Assembly (NCBI GenBank): GCA_048884965.1 | Contig: JBHLQH010000013.1 | Span: 27,429-91,428 of the forward strand | Direction of reading: 5' to 3' | DNA length: 64,000 nt | DNA from: Candidatus Thorarchaeota archaeon | GTDB lineage: Archaea; Asgardarchaeota; Thorarchaeia; Thorarchaeales; Thorarchaeaceae | In this document: piece by piece, positions 9,242 to 17,795 of the stretch | Layout: every line of letters starts with the position of its first letter | Numbering within the stretch: position 1 is the stretch's first letter | Position numbers and translations under genes: made by a program | Notes under the pieces: model-generated | Databases searched by the model: none | Seen by the model: only the letters and a program-made list of their open reading frames with translations | Told to the model about the DNA's origin: nothing

Positions 9242-9771
9242 TATGCTACCGCCTCCTCTTTCATCTTCTTTCGTTGGAAGTATCTCTTCTTGACTTTCTC
9301 GACAAAGTCATGATTCATCTCAAGATTGGGATTCAGTCCAAGGTCTTCCCTGTCCTCCTCTTGGAAGTCAGTATAGGAATCCTTCAACAGCCATCCATCT
9401 TCCAGTACAGTATCGACAGTGTCCCTGAAGACCCTTGGTATGTGACCTTCTCGTGCAGCAATGACACGAACTGCATGGAAGATCTCTGCGGGAGAAACGC
9501 CTTCCTGACATCGCTCCTCACACATCCTGCAGTTCAGACATAGCCATGATTGATCACTGCCCAGCACCTCCTCGCGCTTTCCTAGAATGATCTTCTGGAT
9601 CATTCGACGGGGACGATAGAGGTCATTGGCATTGGCAACAACACAGCTGGCTGTGCAGATACCACATTGTACGCACTTATTGATCGCATCACCGCCTTCT
9701 TCCATTGCCACCTCTCTGGCAAAATTGGAATTGGGTACATGAACGGATTTTGGTTTGATTTCTGTAGTCAT
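9241..9771 (-). CDS. hdrC: Heterodisulfide reductase subunit C
   Basis: CVQCGICTASC and WLCLNCRMCEERC motifs; sits between hdrA and hdrB. Confidence 0.92.
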   Translation of the reverse strand: MTTEIKPKSVHVPNSNFAREVAMEEGGDAINKCVQCGICTASCVVANANDLYRPRRMIQKIILGKREEVLGSDQSWLCLNCRMCEERCQEGVSPAEIFHAVRVIAAREGHIPRVFRDTVDTVLEDGWLLKDSYTDFQEEDREDLGLNPNLEMNHDFVEKVKKRYFQRKKMKEEAVA

Positions 9772-9781
9772 TCTGCATCAC

Positions 9782-12589
9782 CTATCTCGACTTGGAAGCC
9801 TCTAATTCAGGTCCTGGAGTCATAGCCTTGACTTGTTCGCTGGCTCCTCCATTTTGCATTATTCCCAGTATTATTGATGCACGCATTGCAGCGGCACTAC
9901 CAGCAGTGACAGAGTCAGGAATGTCCTTTGGTCCATCAGCACACCCACAAACGTAGATGCCATCCTCGCTGGTATCGACTGGTTCTATTATCTCATTTCG
10001 AACATCGATGTAGCCTTCCTCTGAAAGATCAAGACCAAGTTCTGCGGCCATCTCATCCATGTCATCCGGTGGTTGGAGACCAGGGCTTATGACCAGGAGG
10101 TCGTGCTCGATCTTATCGATTATGCCAGTTTCTGTGTTCTCTACTTGGATGATCAGATTACCATTTGCGGTGTTCTCATCAACCTCGGCGACCCTTCCTC
10201 GTACAAAGGATACACCAAAGCGGGTCCTTGCCATCTCATAGAACTCCTCGAAGCCCTTGCCAAAGGCTCTGATGTCTGCATAGTACATTGACACCGTGGC
10301 TTCAGGATCATGCTCTCGAGCCATCACTGCGTTCTTTATGCCATACATACAGCAAACTCGGCTGCAGTTGGGCACGTCCTTCTGAGTATCTCGTGCTCCG
10401 ACGCATTGCACGAAACCGATGTTCTTGGGCATCATTCCATCACTGAAACGAATAAGATGTCCTTGAGTAGGCCCAGCCGCGTTGATGAGTCGCTCGTACT
10501 CCATGGCAGTTATTACGTTCTGGAACTTACCATATCCCAGGCGCTTGTACTTACTGACATCAAAGAGCTTGTAGCCAGTTGCTACAACAATTGCTCCAAC
10601 ATTCAATCGATGATGTTCCTCTTTCATTGCGTGGTCAATAGCCTGTCGCTCACATGCCTCGACGCAGCTCATACACTCACAACAATGTGTACAATTAAGA
10701 CAACGTCCGGCCTCACTTACTGAAACATCTTCAGTGAATCCAAGTTCGACCTCAGTGAAATCACCTTTTCTACTGGCGATGCTTTGATGAGGCATGAATG
10801 CTCTTGGTTGTGGCTTGAAGTGAGCAGGATCTACGGTAGGCTTTGCAACTCTGTAGATCTCAGGGTCTCGGCCAGCTTTGAGATCCTCTCCACGCAGATA
10901 CCTATCGATTGAGATTGCGGCCTCTCTTCCTTGACCAACTGCCTGTACGACAGTAGCTGGTCCGAGAACGCAGTCACCACCAGCAAATACATCCTTCATA
11001 CTAGTCTGCAGGGTTATTTGGTCTGCGATGAGAGTTCCCCATTCTGTAGTGTCCAAACCATTATGCAGTGGAATCGGCTCTACAGATTGTCCAACTGCAA
11101 TAATCATCGTGTCTGCGACCACAGTGAACTCAGAGTCAGGGATTGGTCTTGGTCGTCGACGTCCAGAGTGATCGGGTTCTCCAAGACGCATTCGGATACA
11201 CTTGACTCCTTGGATAGCACCTCGTTGTGTTATTACTTCAACGGGATTCGTAAGGAACATAAAGCGAATGCCCTCTTCTCTGGCCATCTCTACCTCTGAA
11301 GGGGTTGCGGGAATCTCTACTTGGGACCGACGATATATCATGGTGACCTCTTGCGCACCCATTCTTTGTGCGGTTCTGCAAGAATCTACTGCGGCGTCAC
11401 CGCCACCGATGACGACTACTCGCTCTCCAACTTCGACTCTTTCATGTGAGGCGACTTTATCCAAGAAATCAATGGCATGATAGACACCCTTCGATTCCTC
11501 ACCTTCAATCATAAGTTTGTTACTTTGACTTGCTCCAGTCCCGATGAAGATGGCCTTGTATCCTTCCTCCCTAATCTCATCAAGGGATTGGATATTCCGG
11601 TCACAGATGAATTCGACTCCATGCTTCCCGACCCAATGGATTTCTTCACGTAGAATCTCTCTTGGAAGTCGGTACTCAGGGATGGACCATTTGAGGAGAC
11701 CTCCCTCCTCTGACCGTTTCTCGAAAACAGTGACTGGATAGCCTTTACGTGCAAGTTGGTATGCACAGGAAATGCCTGCTGGACCCGCTCCCACAATTGC
11801 CACTTTCTCAGTCTTGTCAATCTTCGACTCCACCGGTACTTGTGTTCCATGCTCCTTCTCATAGTCAGCTAGGAATCTATGGAGATTTCGGATGCTTATG
11901 CTCTCATCGTACTCACCTCGCTGGCATTGTCCTTCACACCAGCTGACACAGACTCGTCCCAAGGTTCCAGGGAAGGGGATCGCTTCACGTACGATCTTTA
12001 TCGCATCGGCATATCTCTCTTGATTCAGTAGTGTCACGAAAGCCTGCGCATTCACTTGTGCTGGACAATTGATGCGACATGCAGGATGGTCCCGCTTGTC
12101 AATAGTGTAGACATTGGGAGTTGCTTGTGGGAATGGGAGGTATGTTGCTTTCCTGAAACCTAAGCCTTGATCGAATTCATTGGCAGTTTCTATCGGGCAT
12201 ACCTCAACACAATCGCCACATCCCGAACATTTGTCCTCTAAGATGTAACGCGGCTTTCTCAGTACTTCCACATGGAAGTTTCCAGATTTTCCAGTCACCC
12301 GCTTGACCTCCGAATAAGTCAATAGCTCGATATTCGGATGTCGTGCGACCTCGCTCAAGCGGGGGGTCAGGATACATGCAGAGCAGTCAAGAGTTGGGAA
12401 CGTCTTGTCGATTGCTGCCATTCGTCCCCCTATACTGGGGGTCTTCTCAACAAGATGTACCTTGAACCCTTGATTTGCAATATCAAGTGCTGCTTGCATT
12501 CCTGCAACTCCACCGCCAATCACGAGTGCACTGGGAGTCTGGTCATCAGCTCCTATAGCATTCGTTTGCGTCGGTTGATCAGTTGTCAT
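9782..12589 (-). CDS. hdrA: HdrA-family flavoprotein with an inserted NfnB/GltD-like NAD(P)H oxidoreductase module (HdrL-like)
   Basis: HdrA core (GGGVAG, KTFPTLDCSACIL, CVGAR, CSRVCC, GPKDIP). Inserted module: PACRINCP..LGRVC..CE, GAGPAG, GGGDAAVD, YRR, FAGGD, EAGRCLNC. Confidence 0.88.
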   Translation of the reverse strand: MTTDQPTQTNAIGADDQTPSALVIGGGVAGMQAALDIANQGFKVHLVEKTPSIGGRMAAIDKTFPTLDCSACILTPRLSEVARHPNIELLTYSEVKRVTGKSGNFHVEVLRKPRYILEDKCSGCGDCVEVCPIETANEFDQGLGFRKATYLPFPQATPNVYTIDKRDHPACRINCPAQVNAQAFVTLLNQERYADAIKIVREAIPFPGTLGRVCVSWCEGQCQRGEYDESISIRNLHRFLADYEKEHGTQVPVESKIDKTEKVAIVGAGPAGISCAYQLARKGYPVTVFEKRSEEGGLLKWSIPEYRLPREILREEIHWVGKHGVEFICDRNIQSLDEIREEGYKAIFIGTGASQSNKLMIEGEESKGVYHAIDFLDKVASHERVEVGERVVVIGGGDAAVDSCRTAQRMGAQEVTMIYRRSQVEIPATPSEVEMAREEGIRFMFLTNPVEVITQRGAIQGVKCIRMRLGEPDHSGRRRPRPIPDSEFTVVADTMIIAVGQSVEPIPLHNGLDTTEWGTLIADQITLQTSMKDVFAGGDCVLGPATVVQAVGQGREAAISIDRYLRGEDLKAGRDPEIYRVAKPTVDPAHFKPQPRAFMPHQSIASRKGDFTEVELGFTEDVSVSEAGRCLNCTHCCECMSCVEACERQAIDHAMKEEHHRLNVGAIVVATGYKLFDVSKYKRLGYGKFQNVITAMEYERLINAAGPTQGHLIRFSDGMMPKNIGFVQCVGARDTQKDVPNCSRVCCMYGIKNAVMAREHDPEATVSMYYADIRAFGKGFEEFYEMARTRFGVSFVRGRVAEVDENTANGNLIIQVENTETGIIDKIEHDLLVISPGLQPPDDMDEMAAELGLDLSEEGYIDVRNEIIEPVDTSEDGIYVCGCADGPKDIPDSVTAGSAAAMRASIILGIMQNGGASEQVKAMTPGPELEASKSR

Positions 12590-12840
12590 ATTGTTAGCTC
12601 CTCAAGCTGTAATTGTATAGTCTAACCTGTTAGAAATAAGAACGATAGAATATGGTACGCTCTGACGATATTTCCTCAAAACCCTACGAGTTACATTCTG
12701 TAATAATATTGTATACCTTTGCACGAACGTTTCACTCTCGTTGGCCTTCAAGCAAGGCGATTCAATGCGTCAGAGGTACGGTCGAATGTAGTCAATGTTT
12801 GTCAACAGGCTAGTTATAGGCCGTACATGAGTTAGACTAT
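12590..12840 (-). promoter_or_regulatory. Long structured 5' leader of the hdr-mvh operon
   Basis: TTTTTATA box at 12868..12861 (minus). Nested inverted repeats at 12617-12626/12831-12840, 12622-12632/12803-12813 and 12655-12667/12768-12779. GAGGAG SD at 12603..12598. Confidence 0.55.
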
Positions 12841-13172
12841 CGCGAAATAAGTTTGTCCAGTATAAAAACGTTCATGTTTTTGGAGTTTCTTTGTCATTTC
12901 GTAACTAAATTCGAAAATTATGTAAATTTTGTAACATTTTCTTTGATGATTTTGTCGATGCGTTTCGAAAGGTAACTCGTAAATGTTTGGTATCGGACTA
13001 TCTGGAAGATAACAGAGTATGATATCGTTAATAGCTGACTTGAATTGTGTTTGTTTTCAATCATAGCTGTTACAAAATGTAATTATTTACATTCTATAAG
13101 TAAATTTGGACATCTTCACAATATCTGTGCCGCTTTTCAAGCATAATTTCAACTTCTTCTTACAATGTGTAA
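12691..13172. promoter_or_regulatory. Three copies of palindrome TTACA-N3-TGTAA (putative operator sites)
   Basis: Exact copies at 12691-12703, 13070-13082 and 13160-13172. Confidence 0.6.
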
Positions 13173-13236
13173 CCGCGATAGTATGGATTGTATGGTTTCA
13201 GTTCTCGGGTAATTGCAGAGTATCGATTTCGGACAT

Positions 13237-15147
13237 TTACACGAAAAGAGATGGTAGTAGATGGTCGCCGTTTTGCTTCCGAAGTTCCATAAGCCGCTTT
13301 CGCTGGTCACTCAGAACAGAGAAAAGTACCTCTGGAGTATCTAGTACTGTTTCCCGATAGATTCTCTCAATGCGATCGATCTTGGCAAGGAGTTCAGGCA
13401 CACGTATCTTGAACTGCTCCTCATATTCCTCCGTAGTATATTCCTTGTCCAAGTATTCTTCGAAGAGCTGATTAACATCATCATATTGGGGAATGAATCC
13501 GGTAGGGGTATGAATCGCCTCGACCTCTTTGTGAACACGAAGTTCCATCCATTTTAGCCAAACCTGCTTGTCAGTCTTGTCAGTGAGGAATTTTCCTTCC
13601 TTATCCTTCAGGAAATAGTTCACAGCAAATATCTGAGGTATCTCCTTCAAATCTGCGACAAAGTCCAGGTGGTTCTGTATGTATTTCCCAAGTGAGATTG
13701 AGATGAAATCCATGTTTGAGAATGGCTGAAAAGCTCGTACACCACTTGGTCCCAAAGTGGCTGCTGTAGTTTCAGACTCCAAGCTTGCGCCCATTGTGAT
13801 GACACCATGTTCCCAATCTAAGGACTGCTGAACTGGTACCCAGGTATCACTGTCACGCCCACCATAGATAATCCCGCCAACATCGACTCCACGAGGATCA
13901 TCCAGCGTGTCATCCAAGTTCGCTAGACCTTCCAATCCAATGGTATAACGTGCATTCTTATGAGCGAAGGAGATAACTTCTCCATTTTGGTCGACTTTCC
14001 CTTCAAACCACTCACCAGAATGATTAATCCCAATTTTCGGGACTTCGAGCCCATCATCCAACCAGCGCGGTTCTGCATCATCAGTGATTAGAACATTGGA
14101 GAAAATCGCTGGTTGCTTCGAATGAAGCACATCCCAGATTACAGGATCATCCTTTGCGGTAACCGATCTAATAATACCAAAGATACCCCGCTCAACGTTG
14201 ACACCTTTTACTTTTCCATCATCCTTACGGAGATATGTAAGGTCATCACCAACGATGGAGTTCGCACGCACCATAGAGGTGCTGGTCTTCCCGCAGCCCG
14301 AAGGAAATGCTCCAGTAAAGTAGGTCTTTCTCCCTGAAGGACCATGAATAGCCATCAAGAACATATGTTCTGCTAGCCAACCTTCTCGGTCAGCTTTTCT
14401 AATCGCAAGTCTGAGTGCCAGTTTTTTCAAACCTATCGTATTGCCAGCGTATTGCGTATTAACACTATACACGGTATTCTCTTTGTAATCAATCATCACA
14501 CCCCGCTTCTTCCAATCAGTACTCACTGAGTGAATAAGTTTCCCGGATGAATGAAGCATCCAGAATATCTCACGATCCTCAGGCATCCTTCTGAAGTATT
14601 CATATCCACGGCGATAGAGGAGGTCCTCGCTATGAGCTACATAGAATGAGTCAGTAATCTGAACAGCTGGGATCGAGAAAGTAGAATCTAATGGTCCAAG
14701 TACAAAGAATCGTACTACCATCTTCTTATTCTCCATACTTCCATCAAGCCTACTCTGAGCAAGTTCTAGCCCATAATCTCGGTCCATCTGAGATAATTGC
14801 TCTCCAAGAGATTCACCCTTTGGGACGAGATAGACTGTGCTCTCCTTGTCTCGGGCTTGATCGAAGTACCCATCAAAGTGAACCGTGTGATACGGATTTG
14901 CCAAAGGTGTTTCTTCTCCTCTAGCTATCGCTGTTCGCCGGATGTACTCCGTGTCCATCTTGGAGTCATTGCAAACAAAAACCTTCATTGGCTTGCAAAG
15001 CTGTATAGCCTCAGCAACGAATTTGTGCACCCTCCGATTCGGAATAGCAAGGAGTTTTCTGAAATTCGCGTCAGTTAAGGCCTTTTCAAGGACGGAAAGT
15101 GTTTCATTCATGGCATAAGCCTCAAGGAGGTGTGGTGGTTGGGTCAA
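13237..15147 (-). CDS. pckG: GTP-dependent phosphoenolpyruvate carboxykinase
   Basis: YAGNTIGLKKLALR, WLAEHM, GAFPSGCGKTSTSM, VGDD, GGRDS and ESETTAAT motifs. Start could be ATG 15111. Confidence 0.93.
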   Translation of the reverse strand: MTQPPHLLEAYAMNETLSVLEKALTDANFRKLLAIPNRRVHKFVAEAIQLCKPMKVFVCNDSKMDTEYIRRTAIARGEETPLANPYHTVHFDGYFDQARDKESTVYLVPKGESLGEQLSQMDRDYGLELAQSRLDGSMENKKMVVRFFVLGPLDSTFSIPAVQITDSFYVAHSEDLLYRRGYEYFRRMPEDREIFWMLHSSGKLIHSVSTDWKKRGVMIDYKENTVYSVNTQYAGNTIGLKKLALRLAIRKADREGWLAEHMFLMAIHGPSGRKTYFTGAFPSGCGKTSTSMVRANSIVGDDLTYLRKDDGKVKGVNVERGIFGIIRSVTAKDDPVIWDVLHSKQPAIFSNVLITDDAEPRWLDDGLEVPKIGINHSGEWFEGKVDQNGEVISFAHKNARYTIGLEGLANLDDTLDDPRGVDVGGIIYGGRDSDTWVPVQQSLDWEHGVITMGASLESETTAATLGPSGVRAFQPFSNMDFISISLGKYIQNHLDFVADLKEIPQIFAVNYFLKDKEGKFLTDKTDKQVWLKWMELRVHKEVEAIHTPTGFIPQYDDVNQLFEEYLDKEYTTEEYEEQFKIRVPELLAKIDRIERIYRETVLDTPEVLFSVLSDQRKRLMELRKQNGDHLLPSLFV

Positions 15148-15393
15148 TCACTTGACGTTTCCAATATAACACACTCGCCAGCTGCAAACTTAAGAATAAT
15201 TCGCTGTTAATGTAAAAGAGCGTTTGCACAATAATTAGGGGAAGTGAGGAGAAGGATTCATGGCCACGACTCAAAGGTTCATTATGCATCATAGAACATG
15301 TCGGCTACGGCAAGACTCAAATGTGACCTACGTGCGATTCGGCTCAGTTGCCTCGGAGGATAGTAGGCAGAAAGCAACTTGCTGGTGGTTCCT

Positions 15394-17577
15394 ATGCTGA
15401 AAGAGTTCACTTATGAAGTGCCAAAGATTGAGCGAGGGTATGCAAACCAAACGCTCTATGTGAATCTAAGTACAAACGAGATCAAGCTGAAACCTGTTGA
15501 TGATAAGATGAAGGAAACCTTCACCGGTGGTAAAGGGTTTGATCTCTGGCTAATGTGGAATAGTCTCCCTAAGGATAGAATCGTGAAATGGGACGATGAT
15601 GAAAACGAAATCTGCATTGCAACCGGTCCACTCGGAGGAGTGACTCAGTATCCAGGTGCTGGAAAATCGATCGTCACATCAATCTCTCCAATGACAGGGA
15701 TACCCATTGACTCTAACGTTGGTGGCTACTTTGGACCACACCTGAAGTTCAGTGGATTCGATGCCATGGAGATTCAGGGCAAGGCAGAAAAAGATGTATA
15801 CGTTTTCATTGACGGGGACCGCGGGAAAGTACAGATTTGCGACGCTTCTGACCTTCCAAATACAGCTTACGAAATAACACGTGTACTCAGTGAGCGACAC
15901 ACAGAGAAGGAAGGCAAAGACATGTCCGTAGTTACTTCTGGTCCAGCAGCCGAGCACGCATGGATGGGATGTCTCAACTTCAGCTGGTGGGATATGCGTC
16001 GTAACCTTCCACGATACAAGCAAGCGGGTCGTGGAGGAATTGGAACAGTCTTTAGAAATAAGAGAATCAAGGCATTAGTATGCAAGCTGGAGAAGATCAC
16101 TCTTGATATGAACAATCCAGCAGATGAGGAAGCAGTAAAGACAGTTGGCCGCGAGCACTCGGGAGAGATTCTTGAACTAGATCCCAAGCAGAATAGGATG
16201 CGAGTCATAGGCACTGGACATCTCCCAATCATCATGGATGAGTTCGATCTTCTACCCACACGCAATTTCCGTACTGGAAGTGATCCTGATGCGAAAGGGC
16301 TTTTCGGTGATGTATGGGAAAAGATGTTTAGCAACCCTGGAAAAGGATGGGATGGATGCTGGAGGCCCTGCGCTATCAACTGCTCACATTGCATCGAGGG
16401 TTTCATTCCAAAGACAGGATCCTTCAAGGGCAAGAATGTAGTGGTTGATGGACCAGAGTATGAGACCATCGCTGGTTGTGGTTCCAACATCGGAGTATTC
16501 GATCCCCATTACGTAGCCGAATTGAACTTCTATTGTGATGCATATGGAATCGACACCATCTCCTTCGGAACAACTATGGGATTCGTCATGGAGCTCTTCG
16601 AAGAGGGGCATATAGATGAGAAAGCGACTGGCGGACATAAGCTCACATGGGGAGCTGGAGATGAAGCCCTTGCTGTCCTACATGAGATGGCTGAGGGAAA
16701 AGGGTTTGGCGGTGAACACTTCGGTAAGGGCGTGCACTACCTCAAGGGATACTTTGGCGATAAGTTCGGTGTTGACAAGCAGGTCATGCATGATATCGGA
16801 ATGGAGCACAAGGGTCTCGAATATTCTGAGTATGTCACAAAGGAAAGCCTCGCTCAGCAAGGTGGCTACGGTCTTACTCTGAAGGGACCTCAGCATGATG
16901 AAGCTTGGCTCATCTTCCTCGACCAAGTTCACAACTATATGCCAACCTTCGAGGACAAGGCCGAGGCTTTACATTACTTCCCGAACTGGCGAACCTGGTT
17001 CGGGTTGAATGGGCTGTGCAAGCTACCTTGGAACGATGTCGTACCTGCAGATAACGCAAAGAGTTCAGAGCCAGCCAAGGTGCCAAAGCATGTCGAGTTC
17101 TATGCTCGTTTCTTTGAGGCAATGACAGGTAAACCAACGAAAGGCAAAGACCTCATCAACATGTCAGAGAAGGTCTACAACTTCCAACGTATCTTTAACA
17201 TACGACAGGGCAAGGGTCTTAGACTCAACGACTCATACATTCCCTACAGGAGTGCGGGACCTGTCACTGATTGGGAGTACGAATCCCGACAGGATAGATA
17301 CGATGGACAGCTCAAGGAGGCGGGTGTTGATATCAGTGGTATGTCAACAACGGAGAAGAACAAGAGACTCCGTGAGATCAGAGAGGAACGCTATAGGCTT
17401 CTCACTGACGCGGCTTACAAGCGACGTGGTTGGACACGAAACGGTGTCCCCAAGATGGAGAAGCTCAAGGCACTCGGTCTTGATTGGATTCCAGAGGTAG
17501 TTGATATTGTGAGGAAGTTCGAGAACTCTGAGCCTCCAAAGGATACACTGCCATCAAGCGATGAGGCGTGGAACTAA
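15394..17577 (+). CDS. Aldehyde:ferredoxin oxidoreductase family (W/Mo-pterin) enzyme
   Basis: DSNVGG, QAGRGGIG, CWRPCAINC, GPEYET and DAYGIDTIS motifs; start taken at ATG 15394. Confidence 0.9.
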   Translation: MLKEFTYEVPKIERGYANQTLYVNLSTNEIKLKPVDDKMKETFTGGKGFDLWLMWNSLPKDRIVKWDDDENEICIATGPLGGVTQYPGAGKSIVTSISPMTGIPIDSNVGGYFGPHLKFSGFDAMEIQGKAEKDVYVFIDGDRGKVQICDASDLPNTAYEITRVLSERHTEKEGKDMSVVTSGPAAEHAWMGCLNFSWWDMRRNLPRYKQAGRGGIGTVFRNKRIKALVCKLEKITLDMNNPADEEAVKTVGREHSGEILELDPKQNRMRVIGTGHLPIIMDEFDLLPTRNFRTGSDPDAKGLFGDVWEKMFSNPGKGWDGCWRPCAINCSHCIEGFIPKTGSFKGKNVVVDGPEYETIAGCGSNIGVFDPHYVAELNFYCDAYGIDTISFGTTMGFVMELFEEGHIDEKATGGHKLTWGAGDEALAVLHEMAEGKGFGGEHFGKGVHYLKGYFGDKFGVDKQVMHDIGMEHKGLEYSEYVTKESLAQQGGYGLTLKGPQHDEAWLIFLDQVHNYMPTFEDKAEALHYFPNWRTWFGLNGLCKLPWNDVVPADNAKSSEPAKVPKHVEFYARFFEAMTGKPTKGKDLINMSEKVYNFQRIFNIRQGKGLRLNDSYIPYRSAGPVTDWEYESRQDRYDGQLKEAGVDISGMSTTEKNKRLREIREERYRLLTDAAYKRRGWTRNGVPKMEKLKALGLDWIPEVVDIVRKFENSEPPKDTLPSSDEAWN

Positions 17578-17589
17578 CAAGCTGTCAAA

Positions 17590-17610
17590 GAGGAGCTATA
17601 TTTGCTCCTC
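17590..17610 (+). terminator. Hairpin downstream of AOR
   Basis: GAGGAGC-tatattt-GCTCCTC, 13 nt after the stop. Confidence 0.45.
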
Positions 17611-17795
17611 AGCCTATGTTTCCATTCCAATAGAAATAGATTTGCAGTGCGAACAATATCGAGAATTACTTGATGAACGTTTCTAAAAATCTCTTAGTCC
17701 CTGGAAGTCTTCAGTTAGATTGATTCCAATAGACCAATCAGATGGCATCATATCTATATATCACCAAGTACTAGCACTCCAAGGAGGAGGCTCTA

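Noticed and set aside
3660-12589. Evidence of methanogenesis from Hdr/Mvh/Mtd
   Set aside because: No mcr or mtr genes in the window; these modules are common in non-methanogenic anaerobic archaea.
12617-12840. MITE bounded by a 10-bp inverted repeat
   Set aside because: No target-site duplication, no second copy and no transposase in the window; nested helices with G-U pairs fit an RNA leader better.
15260-15393. Possible Moco/Wco riboswitch upstream of AOR (AGTTGC/GCAACT, TGCCT/AGGCA, GACTCAAA twice)
   Set aside because: Stems are only 5-6 bp and I could not match a known consensus; an Rfam scan would be needed.
15867-16490. 207-aa minus-strand ORF
   Set aside because: Antisense shadow of AOR.
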